A stretch of DNA of 64,000 nt from Heterodontus francisci (taxonomy: Eukaryota), in the NCBI RefSeq assembly GCF_036365525.1, contig NC_090379.1:55181805-55245804 (forward strand). Direction: 5' to 3'. A program made the translations under genes and the position numbers. Positions 25,518-37,209 of the stretch are shown piece after piece (the first letter of the stretch is position 1; every line of letters begins with the position of its first letter). Under the pieces are notes generated by a model. The model made no database searches and was not told the DNA's origin. It saw only the letters and a list, made by a program, of their open reading frames with translations.

Positions 25518-26560
25518 CCTCTGACATTAAAAAACTCAAGCTTCAAAAAGACTCCATCATTCTCTCTGCAATCATGTACAGTGTGATTGGAAGGCCTGTC
25601 AGTAGATTACAGATTTTCTGCTGCCCCTCAATGGCTATCATTTTCATCGATGCCCCCAGGGTACAGCATCTGTATCCAGCTGAACAAAGCTTAGAGAGGG
25701 CCAAGGACTCTGTTTCCTTTTTCTCAATTACGAACTGTGAGTTACCAGGCATAAACCTAACTGTTTAACTGGACCCACTGAAGGGAGTCTCTGCACTGGT
25801 ACATGGTAAGCATGAGTGCCATGACAGTGCACTCTCAGAAGGAATCAGCTCCTCTGAGGATTCATCAGCCCCAAAGTCCATCGACTGCTGCTGCACACTT
25901 GAAGTCGATGGTGGAGAGGAAACATATAAGTTAGTACTGGCAAGGTAAGAATGTTGAAGCTTATCATTATCATATTTCATTCGCTGCTGAAATCAATTCA
26001 CATGGCTTGGTGATCTGTGACATGTGTGTGCATTATATTTGATCCCATCACTTGGTAGCTGGGAGGACCCATCCCCAATGGCCAGGAATGCTGACATTCC
26101 ACTGATCTTCAGTGCTACCTCCTTACCATTTGTTAGTTGTGAGATTTGTGGATCATCTCCAGTTTTTTTCTCTCTCCCTAATGTTTTGCGTTGTCTGCTA
26201 CAACGGGGGAAAGAGCAGACCTGTGAGACACCAGTGCTCCCTTTAAAATGTAGTTGTTGTGCGTGGCCTGGTTTTTTCAGTGTGCGGTCCCTTTAAATGT
26301 TCCGGTGTGGCTGCACACACACATTATTTCTCTCAGAACACAGCCTGCATGGTACCTTTCAGGCTACTGTGCGGTGGTGCATCCGCGCAGCTTAGCGGGA
26401 ACATTATTCGTGACTGTAACGATGTGCTTACATGAGGAATGAAGTGCATTGGGTGAGCGTCTGTATCAGGAAGAGGCATGAAATTGCATATGGATGACAG
26501 TGCATGGCAATGGTCAATGGATATGGGATATTGCGTAGGAAGAGAAGGATGAGTGTGTGA

Positions 26561-29500
26561 GAACATAGAACATAGAACATAGAACATAGAAAATACAGCA
26601 CAGAACAGGCCCTTCGGCCCACGATGTTGTGCCGATCCTTTGTCCTCTGTCAAGGACAATTTAATCTATACCCCATCATTCTCCTTTATCCATATACCTA
26701 TCTAAAAGCCGTTTGAAAGTCCCTAAAGTTTCTGACTCAACAACTTCCCCAGGCAAGGCATTCCATGCCCCGACCACTCTCTGGGTAAAGAACCTTCCCC
26801 TGACATCCCCCTTATATCTCCCACCCTTCACCTTAAATTTATGACCCCTTGTAACGCTTTGCTCCACCCGGGGAAAAAGTTTCTGACTGTCTACCCTATC
26901 TATTCCCCTGATCATCTTATAAACCTCTATCATGTCACCCCTCATCCTTCTCCGTTCTAATGAGAAGAGGCCTAGAATGTTCAGCCTTTCCTCGTAAGAC
27001 TTATTCTCCATTCCAGGCAACATCCTGGTAAATCTCCTCTGCACCCTCTCCAAGGCTTCCACATCCTTCCTAAAATGAGGCGACCAGAACTGCACACAGT
27101 ACTCCAAATGAGGCCTTACCAAGGTCCTGTACAGCTGCATCATCACCTCACGGCTCTTAAATTCAATCCCTCTGCTAATGAACGCTAACACCCCATATGC
27201 CTTCTTCACAGCCCTATCCACTTGAGTTGCAACTTTCAACGATCTATGCACATAGACCCCAAGGTCTCTCTGCTCCTCCACATGCCCAAGAACCCTACCG
27301 TTAACCCAGTATTTTGCATTCGTGTTTGTCCTTCCAAAATGGACGACCTCACACTTTTCAGGGTTAAACTCCATCTGCCACTTTTCAGCCCAGCACTGCA
27401 ACCTATCCAAGTCCCTTTGCAGACGACAATAGCCCTCCTCGGTATCCACAACTCCACCAACCTTTGTATCATCTGCAAATTTACTGACCCACCCTTCGAC
27501 TTCCTCATCCAAGTCGTTAATAAAAATCACAAACAGGAGAGGACCCAGAACTGATCCCTGTGGCACGCCACTGGTAACTGGGCTCCAGGCTGAGTATTTA
27601 CCATCTAAGACCACTCTCTGCCTTCTATCAGTTAGCCAATTCTTAATCCAACTGGCCACATTCCCCACTATCCCATGCCTCCTGACTTTCTCCATAAGTC
27701 TACCATGGGGGACCTTATCAAATGCCTTACTAAAATCCATGTACACCACATCCACTGGTTTACCCTCATCCACTTGCTTGGTCACCTGCTCAAAGAATTC
27801 AATCAGGCTTGTGAGGCAAGACCTACCCCTCACAAAACCGTGCTGACTGTCCCGAATCAAGCAGTGTCTTTCCAGATGCTCAGAAATCCTATCCCTCAGC
27901 ACCTTTTCCATCAACTTGCCTACCACCGAAGTAAGACTAACTGGCCTGTAATTCCCAGGGTTGTTCCTATTCCCTTTCTTGAACAGGGGCACAACATTTG
28001 CCACCCTCCAATCACCTGGTACCACCCCCGTCAACAGAGAAGATGAAAAGATCATTGCCAGCGGCTCTGCAATTTCATCCCTTGCTTCCCATAACATCCT
28101 TGGATATACCCCGTCAGGCCCGGGAGACTTGTCTATCTTCAAGTTATTCAAAAACCCCAACACATCTTCCCTCCTAACGAGCACTTCCTCGAGCTTACCA
28201 GTCTGTTTCACACCGTCCTCTTCAGTAATACACCCCTTCTCATTCGTAAATACCGAAGAGAAGTACTCATTCAAAACCTCACTTATCTCTTCCGGCTCAA
28301 CACACAGTCTCCCGCTATTGTCCTTGACCGGACCTACGGTCCCCCTAGTCATCCTCATATTTCTGACATACGCGTAAAAGGCCTTGGGGTTTTCTTTTAT
28401 CCTACCCGCCAAGCATTTTTCATGCCCTCTCTTAGCTCTCCTAATCCCTTTCTTCAGATCCTTCCTGGCCATCTTGTATCCCTCCAGAGCTATGCCTGTG
28501 CCCTTTTTCCTCAACCTTATATACGCATCCTTCTTCTTCCTAACAAGACTCTCAACCTCTCTTGTCAACCACGGTTCCCTCACATGACCATCCCTTCCCT
28601 GTCTGACAGGGACATGCTTATCAATGGCCCCTACTATCTGCTCCTTGAAAAAGTTCCACATTTCGACCGTGCCCTTCCCTGCCAGCATATGCTCCCAACT
28701 TATGCTCCTCAGTTCCTGCCTGACAGCATCATATCTACCCTTCCCCCAATTGTAAACCTTGCCCTGTTGCACATACCTATCCCTCTCCATTACCACAGTG
28801 AATGCTACAGAATTGTGATCACTATCTCCAAAGTGCTCGCCCACCAACAGCTCTATCACTTGCCCTGGTTCATTACCTAGTACCAAATCCAATATTGCCT
28901 CCCCTCTGGTCGGGCAGTCTACATACTGAGTCAGAAAAGCTTCCTGGACATACTGCACAAACACTACCCCATCCAAACTATTCGATCTAAAGAGTTGCCA
29001 ATCAATATTTGGGAAGTTGAAATCCCCCATAATTACTACCCTGTGACTTCTGCTCCTTTCCAAAATCTGTTTCCCAATCTGCTCTTCCACCTCCCTGCTG
29101 CTATTGGGGGGCCGATAGAAAACTCCCATCAAGGTGACTGCTCCTTTCCTGTTCCTGACCTCAACCCACAGTGCCTCAGTCGGCAGATCCTCCTCGAAAA
29201 TTCTTTCAGCAGTTGTTACACTATTTCTAACTAACAATGCCACCCCCCCACCTCTTTTACCACCATTCCTAATCTTATGAAAACATCTATAACCAGGTAC
29301 CTCCAAGAACCATTCCTCCCCCTCACCTATCCACGTTTCAGTGATGGCCACAACATCGTAGTCCCAAGTGCCCATCCACGCCTTCAATTCACTCACCTTA
29401 TTCCTGATGCTTCTTGCGTTGAAGTATACGCACTTTAACCCTTCTCCGTGCCCATCTGTCCTCCGCGACAGTGCTACCTTCCCCAATACCTCACTACACT

Positions 29501-29636
29501 CTTTGTCTTTCTGAGTGGACCCACTGGTCCCTGGACTACAAGTCCGGTTCCCATCCCCCTCCCAAACTAGTTTAAACCCTCCCGAACAGTACTAGCAAAC
29601 CTCCCTCCCAGGATATTGGTGCCCCTCTGGTTCAGA
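26561..29636 (-). mobile_element. Young CR1 (HER1-like) LINE, truncated within ORF1
   Basis: Complete ORF2; ORF1 C-terminus NQRGTNILGGRFASTVREGLN*; (ttctatg)n tail. Confidence 0.95.
26676..29591 (-). CDS. CR1 ORF2: complete APE endonuclease plus reverse transcriptase; frame open from 29591 with no ATG before the endonuclease
   Basis: CVYFNARS, ITETW, GGGV, YRPP, GDFN, SDH, PQGSVLGP and KFADD motifs; 936 aa from the TTG with no stops. Confidence 0.92.
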   Translation of the reverse strand, partial: YCSGGFKLVWEGDGNRTCSPGTSGSTQKDKECSEVLGKVALSRRTDGHGEGLKCVYFNARSIRNKVSELKAWMGTWDYDVVAITETWIGEGEEWFLEVPGYRCFHKIRNGGKRGGGVALLVRNSVTTAERIFEEDLPTEALWVEVRNRKGAVTLMGVFYRPPNSSREVEEQIGKQILERSRSHRVVIMGDFNFPNIDWQLFRSNSLDGVVFVQYVQEAFLTQYVDCPTRGEAILDLVLGNEPGQVIELLVGEHFGDSDHNSVAFTVVMERDRYVQQGKVYNWGKGRYDAVRQELRSISWEHMLAGKGTVEMWNFFKEQIVGAIDKHVPVRQGRDGHVREPWLTREVESLVRKKKDAYIRLRKKGTGIALEGYKMARKDLKKGIRRAKRGHEKCLAGRIKENPKAFYAYVRNMRMTRGTVGPVKDNSGRLCVEPEEISEVLNEYFSSVFTNEKGCITEEDGVKQTGKLEEVLVRREDVLGFLNNLKIDKSPGPDGVYPRMLWEARDEIAEPLAMIFSSSLLTGVVPGDWRVANVVPLFKKGNRNNPGNYRPVSLTSVVGKLMEKVLRDRISEHLERHCLIRDSQHGFVRGRSCLTSLIEFFEQVTKQVDEGKPVDVVYMDFSKAFDKVPHGRLMEKVRRHGIVGNVASWIKNWLTDRRQRVVLDGKYSAWSPVTSGVPQGSVLGPLLFVIFINDLDEEVEGWVSKFADDTKVGGVVDTEEGYCRLQRDLDRLQCWAEKWQMEFNPEKCEVVHFGRTNTNAKYWVNGRVLGHVEEQRDLGVYVHRSLKVATQVDRAVKKAYGVLAFISRGIEFKSREVMMQLYRTLVRPHLEYCVQFWSPHFRKDVEALERVQRRFTRMLPGMENKSYEERLNILGLFSLERRRMRGDMIEVYKMIRGIDRVDSQKLFPRVEQSVTRGHKFKVKGGRYKGDVRGRFFTQRVVGAWNALPGEVVESETLGTFKRLLDRYMDKGE

Positions 29637-29976
29637 AGTGATGTGATGGCAAGGAAGAGCAGGAGGCTGAGAGTGGATGATACACACAGCAGGATGTAGG
29701 TGAATAAACTTACTTTTCCTGGCCTGCTTAGGTCATTAAAGCACTTCCTGCACTGACTCCTCGAGCTTGGCACAATTGTCCTGCTACTGACCTCCTGGCC
29801 AACCTACATCCACACCTTCTTTGCAGCAGGGTTTTTTCCTCCTATTGCCGGGGAAGTGCACCCAGCAGTACATCAAGGGAGTTGCCATTATAGCACAGCA
29901 TTGCCCTTGACCATCCTGAATCCATTCTGAAAGGTCTTTCTCTCCTGCTTCCAGCTCCCAACTCCTCCAAATTTCA

Positions 29977-30164
29977 ACAGAAAGTGCTGGAATTACTCAG
30001 CACGTCAGGCAGCATCTGGAGAGAGAAACAGAGTTAACGTTTCAGGTCTGTGACCTTTCGTTTACTCTGTTTCTCTCTCCACAGATGCTGCTTGACCTGC
30101 TGAGTAATTCCAGCATTTTCTGTTTTGATTTCAGATTTCCGGCATCCGCAGCATTTTGCTATTA
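29977..30164. mobile_element. Minimal Penelope pLTR twin-arm insertion with 14-bp TSD
   Basis: pLTR(-) and pLTR(+); TSD tcctccaaatttca at 29963-29976 and 30165-30178. Confidence 0.85.
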
Positions 30165-30304
30165 TCCTCCAAATTTCATCTTGGGTCCTTTAAATATTTC
30201 AGTTGCGATCACACCATGCAGGTCTGCACCACACTTATTGCCACACTTTCAACATCAAACCTGGAAGTAAGGTTCATGCATTAAAAAGACACAGACATAA
30301 CTGA

Positions 30305-30910
30305 AATAAAATAAAAGCAAAATACTGTAGATGCTGGAAATCGGAAATAAAAACAGAAAATGCTGGAAAAACTCAGCAGGTCTGGCAACATCTGTGCAGA
30401 GAGAAGCAGAGTTAACGTTTCAGGTCAGTGACCCTTCTTCAGTACTGGCAGATATAAGAAATGTAAAAGATTTTAAGCAATTAAAGTGGGGTGGGACAAG
30501 AGATAACAAAAGAGAAGGTATTGATAGGACAAGGTCACAGAATAGCTGACCAGAAGGTCATGGAGCAAAGGCAAACAATATGTTAATGGTGTGCTGAAAG
30601 ACAAAGCATTAGTACAGATAGGGTGTTAATGGACTGAGAACTGAACAGCCAAAAGCACAATTATGAAATAAAGTGGGTAGGCACAGTAGAAACAAACTGA
30701 ACAAACTAAAATAAAATGAACACAAAAAAGAAAAGAAAAAAGAAAAAATAACTAAAGATAAAAGTAAAATGTGGGGTCCGTCATGCTTTGAAATGATTGA
30801 ACTCAATATTTAGTCTGGCAGGCTGTAATGTGCCTAATCGGCAAATAAGATGCTGTTCCTTGAGCTTGCGTTGATGTTCACTGGAACACTGCAGCAATCC
30901 CAGGACAGGA
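30305..30910 (-). mobile_element. Penelope 3' fragment (single arm) with hammerhead at 30410-30446
   Basis: VLGLLQCSSEHQRKLKEQHLICRLGTLQPARLNIEFN, then UTR and pLTR. Confidence 0.85.
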
Positions 30911-31337
30911 ATTGATTTCCAAGTTTCCCAACAGCTCCTGCACCTGCCCCCATCATGTCTCACAGTTATCTAGACAAATATGTCCAAATATTTTGTTAAT
31001 GAGGTCCACACCAAATGCCAGGACGTCAGAACATCAGGTTCAGCTTGTAAATTGAATTTGAAAGCCCTGTTTTAAACTGTTGAAACATTTTTACTAAGAA
31101 ACATTACTTAAGTTTAATTTTGCTTTTAATAAATGTGCTATGTTGAAAGTTAAGGAGCTGTCTTCTTTCCTGTCAATATATTAATTGGAACAGCATCTGT
31201 TTCATTGAGCCCCAGGAGCAGGACACACTTCTCTCATGATAGCAATTCTACTTTTCAGTCAGTCAGTCAAAACAGCAAAGTTGGCCCTATCCCTGGGAAA
31301 ACTACATTTCTTGGCAGCTGGGAGTGATCCTTTTAAA

Positions 31338-32066
31338 TAGTGGATTCTTGGTAGTGTGGAAGAACAGAGGGATCTTGGGGTCCATGTCCATAGATCGCTC
31401 AAAGTTGCCACCCAAGTTGATAGGATTGTTAAGAAGGCGTATGGTGTGTTGGCTTTCATTACCAGGGGGATTGAGTTTAAGAGCCACGAGGTTATGCTGC
31501 AGCTGTATAAGGCCCTGGTTCGACCACACTTGGAATACTGTGTTCAGTTCTGGTCGCCTCATTATAGGAAGGATGTGGAAGCTTTAGAGAGGGTGCAGAG
31601 GAGATTTACCAGGATGCTGCCTGGACTGGAGGGCATCTCCTACGAAGAAAGATTGAGGGAGCTAGGGCTTTTCTCATTGGAGCGAAGAAGGATGAGAGGT
31701 GACTTGATAGAGGGGTACAAGATGATGAGAGGCATAGATAGAGTGGATAGCCAGAGACTGTTTCCCAGGGTGGAAAGGGCTATCACCAGGGGGCATAATT
31801 TTAAGGTGATTGGAGGAAGGTTTCGGGGAGATGTCAGAGGTAGGTTCTTTACACAGAGAGTGGTGGGTGCGTAGAATGCGCTGCCAGCGGTGGTAGTAGA
31901 AGCAGATACATTAGGGGCATTTAAGCGACTCTTGGATAGGTACATGGATGATAGTAGAATGAAGGGTAGGTAGTTAGTTTGATCTTAGAGTAGGTTAAAG
32001 GGTCGGCACAACATCGTGGGCCGAAGGGCCTGTACTGTGCTGTACTGTTCTATGTTCTATGTTCTA
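31338..32066 (+). mobile_element. Young CR1 (HER1-like) 3' fragment
   Basis: 172-aa RT C-terminus ended by a TGG>TAG change; (ttctatg)n tail. Confidence 0.92.
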
Positions 32067-32340
32067 ATACAAATATGCAGGTACTAGGATATAAACTATT
32101 TAATGAATTTAATGGACACTGCATATGGAGGTCAGTTCTGAGATGCTTTTAAACTTACCTATTAATAAATTGTCTTTAGATTGGATTTGTTGAGTGTGTG
32201 GGCTGCAGGTTCCCAACACACACCTTATACAGCAGGACACAACCCCAAGATTCACGAAGATTGGCTGCCGGGAAGACCTGGAAAAAAAAAATGTCCTTCC
32301 AGGAGCCAGTCTTAACAAAACCATTGCAGTTTAACCTGGA

Positions 32341-33260
32341 ATAAAAGCAGAATACTGCGGATGCTGGAAATCTGAAATAAAAACAAGAAATGCTGGAAAT
32401 ACTCAGCAGGTTTGGCAGCATCTGTGGAGAGAGAAGCAGAGTTAACGCTTCAGGTCAGTGACCCTTCTTCAGAACAGCAGCTGATGGGGACTAATGCACC
32501 TCCAGATCCTTCTTCTCCTTCACTTCCCTCTGACTCCACTCCTTCTGATCTGACCCCTTGCTGTGTATTCACTATACCCTCTGAACTTCCCCTCTCCCCT
32601 CTCTGACGCTGAACATTCTGTACTCAGCAAAGGTCTCAGTTTTATCTCCTTACGCCCCCACCTCAATGAATTTCACGCTCGGCATGACGTTGAGCTCTTC
32701 TTCCGTCGCCTCCGCCTCCGGGCTCACTTCTTTGACCGGGAGTCCTCCCCCTGATCAGTAGACCCATTCATCCGCCTCCAGCATTCTCCCTCTACCTGGA
32801 CCTCTCCCCCTGGCCTCTTACCCGCTCTTGATCTTTTCATTGAAAACTTTTGGCGAGACATTGGTCGTCTCAATTTCTCTGCCCCCCTCACTCACTCTAA
32901 CCTGTCCCCCTCTGAACTTGAGGCACTCCGTTCTCTCAGGTCTAACCCCGACATGGTCATCAAACCTGCAGACAAGGGTGGTGCAGTTGTTGTATGGTGT
33001 ACCGACCTCTACCTTGCAGAGGCTCAGCGCCAACTCTCAGACACTTCTTCCTACCTTCCTCTGGACCACGACCCCACCACCGAATATCAACCTACTGTCC
33101 ACAGGACTGTCACTGACCTCATCTCTTCTGGAGATCTTCCCTCTACAGCTTCCAACCACCAGTTCTGAAGAAGGGTCACTGACCTGAAACGTTAACTCTG
33201 CTTCTCTCTCCACAGATGCTGCCAGACCTGCTGAGTATTACCAGCATTTCTTGTTTTTAT
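32341..33260. mobile_element. Penelope twin-arm insertion: pLTR(-), internal ORF fragment, pLTR(+), with 16-18-bp TSD
   Basis: LSKGLSF and VIKPADKGGAVVV Penelope RT N-terminal motifs; duplication attgcagtttaacctgga at 32323-32340 and 33259-33276. Confidence 0.9.
33161..33197 (+). ncRNA. Minimal hammerhead ribozyme, canonical core
   Basis: agttCTGAAGAagggtcactgacctGAAAcgttaact. Confidence 0.8.
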
Positions 33261-34239
33261 TGCAGTTTAACCTGGAGTTGCCACCATCTCCCAGTCTGTA
33301 GGTTGTTCAGCCAGCAGTCCATTATCCTACTGAACAAAATATAAAAATAGTTAAAATTGTACTGTTGTCCTGATTTTGACATTTTAGTCAGTTCCATTCT
33401 GTGTAGTGTTGTTGGTCTCCACTGTCTAATAAGGAAGCATTATTGCATGCAAATGTAGGGAACCAACCGCCCACATACTGTGCAGAAATGGGCATCATTG
33501 ACTAAATGGCAGATTCAAAGTCCTGTGCTTTTGTGTATCTATGCTGATACTGGTTCTCTGAACATTCCGTCATTTACAGTAAGGAGAGTGAGAACTGCAG
33601 AGTGGACAAGCAGGAGAACCCCCATGAACATTCAGTTCCATGGTCTCTTCATGAAGCAGTGCAGCAATAATTCCTGAGAATCCCAGTGCTATGTTATGTC
33701 TTGTTGTTATTGTGGGAGACATTCCACAGAACCGAAACAACTCTGCATACTGAAAGACAGTCAGATTAAGATCTGTAATATTGTCTAAGGATCGCTGTAC
33801 TATGGAACTGTTTTGATTATTCAATGGGAGGGTTTTCATAGAAGCAGAACAACTGCATATACTGAAAGACAGTCTTATTAAGACCTGCTGACATTAAAAT
33901 GTTCCATACAGTTGTTTGCCTCACATGTTTCTGAACTTTCAGTCACTTATATATTATTTCACCGTAACAATTCTCTCATCTATTTCTCTACTTTCTCTTA
34001 ATGCTTCCTTTTGTCTTACATTATTATCACTTCAGTGATTACCATCTCCTGCTATCTAATCACTTTTTATGTCATTTTTAAAACATTGTTGTGTATATGA
34101 TCTTCCTCCATTTCTTTGCTCTATTCCTTATAAGCTTATCTGTAACATCTTTCAGTTCTGAAAAGGAGCTATACCTAAAACAGTACTTTTTTCCTTTCAC
34201 CATGGAAGGGAAGCTCTGCACATGCAAGTCACCATTGTG

Positions 34240-34545
34240 AACTAATGGTACACTAATGATAATCTAATGGTGCACTAACAGTATGCGAATGATAGACTAA
34301 TGGTACTTTAATAGTAAACTAATGGTACGCTAATAGAAACATGGAAAGCTTTATGGCACAGAAGGCAGCCATTCAGCCCATCTTGTCCATGTGGGCCGAG
34401 AAACAACTATCCAGTCTAATCCCACCTTTCAGCTTTTTGACCGTAGCTCTGTAGATTACAGGACATATCCAAGTTTATAGAAACATAAAAAGATTTACAA
34501 GATGAATGGTACACTAATAAACTAATGATACTCTAATGGCACCGT
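34240..34545. repeat. Degenerate 11-bp minisatellite (actaatggtac), interrupted by a CR1 tail fragment (-, ~34336-34500)
   Basis: Repeated ctaatggta/ctaatgata units on both sides of the insert. Confidence 0.7.
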
Positions 34546-36369
34546 ATAATTGTATCATTAGTTCATTCAGTCTCTTGACACAATTAACTACAGCAGATAC
34601 TTTGTTTCTTTGCACCTTTGTTAATTGTCCTTATAATCAATAGTCTAGATGCAATTGCTAAAATGAAGTTTTCACTATATAACTATAATAATTAGTAGAA
34701 TCTGAGTTCCATGAGTTTTTAAACTAAGGGAAGTGATTAAGTTAATTACTTTTAGAATTAGTTACAGGAACTGCTTTAGTTACATAAGCATAGAAAAAAT
34801 ACAATTGTAACAATATTATTGATATACTCAGGCATCTGCTTCAGCTCAGTGGTAGCACTCTCATCTCTGGATCAAAAGGTTGTAGGTTCAAGTCCCATTC
34901 CGGGACTTGAACACATACTTCTAGGCTGGCATTTCATTGCAATGCTGAGGCAGTGCTCAGTATTGGAGGTGCCACTATTCACATACAATCTTAAACTGAG
35001 GCCCTGTCTAGATATAGCAGGTCACATGGTATGATTGAAAGAAAAGAAGGGTAATTCTCCTTGGCGTCCTGGCCAACATTTATCCCTTAACCAAGAGCTG
35101 TAAAATTAATTATCTGATTATCTCCTTGCGGTTTGTGTGACCTAACTTATTGTGATAGTGCATTTGTTATTATGCTAAATATAATCATATGTTTATGCTA
35201 ATATGAATGTCATCACAGGAAATGATGCAATATCATGTGATTCAGTTCTCTTGCAGAGTCAGTTAGCACGTGTAAGCTGTAGCAACAACAAATTTCCATT
35301 ACAGCTCTGCATTCAAACCTTTATGCTTGTCCTTCAGCTTCATTTGTATTAGTCTAAAAAGAGATAATATAATATGGTGGCAGCGGTAATGAGTCAACAG
35401 CATTGATCAGCAGCTGAAGATGACAACTCAAGTCAGAAGCCCTACCTACAGCACTGTGACCAGATCACAGCTGTCACATTGGGACAGCAATGACGTGAGT
35501 AGAGATCAAAGGCGATTTGAGCGCACCCCTGTATTTTCCCTGAGCTTGCAAAAAAAATTATTGGTAGTTTCAGCCGCAGAGATCAGTGCAGCATCATGTT
35601 TTGGCATGGATCCCTTCCAGCCATCACTACACTCGCACACCATTAGCTGACCCTGGTGCCAGGGTCACTCCCACCAGCAAGCTCCCAAGTCCACACTGCA
35701 GCAACACAGCTAAGGGCATGGATCCTGTTTAGCTCTGCAGACATCACAGTTTGCTGCTAGCAAGGTTTGTTCCTCAGGGAGTGAAAAGAGTAGAAAGCTT
35801 AGGCAATAGCAGCCAGATTTCCAGAGATGGACTGGAAAGCATCTGATGTCCCAGGTGAGTTCAAACTGTTTAATTAGAGAATTGAACAATGCTTCCTAGA
35901 CCACAAGGTTGTGGATGCAGAGAAGCAGGCAATAAAAATTAGGATTGCCATAGGAAATGAGGGTCTGCACAGAATCAATACCTCTGGCTTATTTGATGCT
36001 GACCAGAAGGATCCATCAAAGCTATGGGCAACATTAGAAAGTCAATTTAAGATTAAAATTAATTTCAGAGTACACCACCTGGAACTCATGCAGTATAGAC
36101 AGAAAGCCATGAGAGCTTGGACGACTCTGTTAACTGATGCAGAGAGATAGCAAAAGAACATGACATCGCTGATACTGAACTCTTGGAATGAATTATGGAG
36201 TTGGTTATCACCTCCACTCCGATTGATGCGTTCCAGAAAGAGCTCCTGGAAAAGTCAAAGGGACATGGCATGGAAAGCTGACTACAGGGCGGATGAAGAT
36301 ACGAGGCAATTAATGCAGGGAGACAATGTTTGCAAGCCTTAGGGTCTGAAATGCCTGTCGGTACAATAT

Positions 36370-37066
36370 AGCCCAAATACTTGCTAATTCTTGAAGAACA
36401 AAAGAGACGATATGGAAAGATGTCAGTTGTCCCTTTTTGGTTTGGTGTCCCAAATATGCGTAGATGGCTGTCACTGGGATCTTTCTAGAACAGTTATTTT
36501 CAAGCGACGTTGATGATCAGTTTGGCAGGCTTTCCAGGAGAAATGCGGGAACAGGGGTTTCTGGCAGGCCTTTCAGGAGGAATGTAGCATCAATTTCTCT
36601 TTCTTACACTCATTTCTAAGAGCTTCTCAAGGCAATGGAAAAGCTGGCAGGCTTTTCAAAGAGATGGAAAAGGCTGAGTTGGGGTTTTCTCCTTGGCAGG
36701 TTGATTTTTAAGCTCCTTTCAAAACACTGTCCATTCCCCAACTGACTGCTCAAAGCAGAACCAAAAACAATATCTCAAGAGTCAAGCCTCATGACCCCTA
36801 TAAATCTTGACCTGTCACTTCTCTGTAAATATCTTCCCCAAGTCAAAAAACCTTTGTTGGGTACTTATCTGAGGACAGATGACTTCTAGTAATGGTTCTT
36901 TACCATCCAAGTCCAAAAGACCTTCCGATAACCTCTTTTAAAAAAAACAAGTCCAACATCTGTGGAATCCTTTTCAGTTTTTTCAAATAAAACAATGTCA
37001 TAATTCTAAAATACCTGAGTCCTCAAAAAATACTTAACAAAAAATTTAGAGGCACTGTCATAACAA
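36370..37066. mobile_element. Partial LTR of another family inserted in the Gypsy gag-PR region
   Basis: Ends in tcataaca like the solo LTRs; not Gypsy coding sequence. Confidence 0.55.
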
Positions 37067-37099
37067 TAGACTGATTGACACAGTTGCAAGTACCAACAC

Positions 37100-37209
37100 A
37101 CTACGGCCCGAGTGCTGGAAAATGGGTTTAGAATAGATAGGTGCTTGATGGCCGGCGCGGACACGGTGGGCCGAAGGGACCTGTTTCTGTGCTGTATAAC
37201 TCTATGACT
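37100..37209 (+). mobile_element. CR1 3' tail fragment inside the Gypsy protease
   Basis: gggccgaagggacctgtttctgtgctgtataactctatgact; splits IDTVASTNT|LPFRI. Confidence 0.75.

Larger units (their letters stand above)
24170..30290. mobile_element. Decayed Harbinger: transposase C-terminus (+) and Myb/SANT gene remnant (-), split by SINE, CR1 and Penelope inserts
   Basis: DESEEEDD...ARHALINVRFS-type end; minus strand SQCRKCFNDLSRPGK followed by a gtaag donor at about 29710. Confidence 0.6.

Noticed and set aside
17782-28990. Numerous + strand ORFs overlapping the two CR1 ORF2s
   Set aside because: Antisense shadows of intact RT genes
34150-34190. Additional hammerhead (cagttctgaaaaggagctatacctaaaac)
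   Set aside because: Core and stem II too degenerate; at most an old pLTR relic
34240-34545. 11-bp periodic repeat as a regulatory array
   Set aside because: Degenerate minisatellite with no other support
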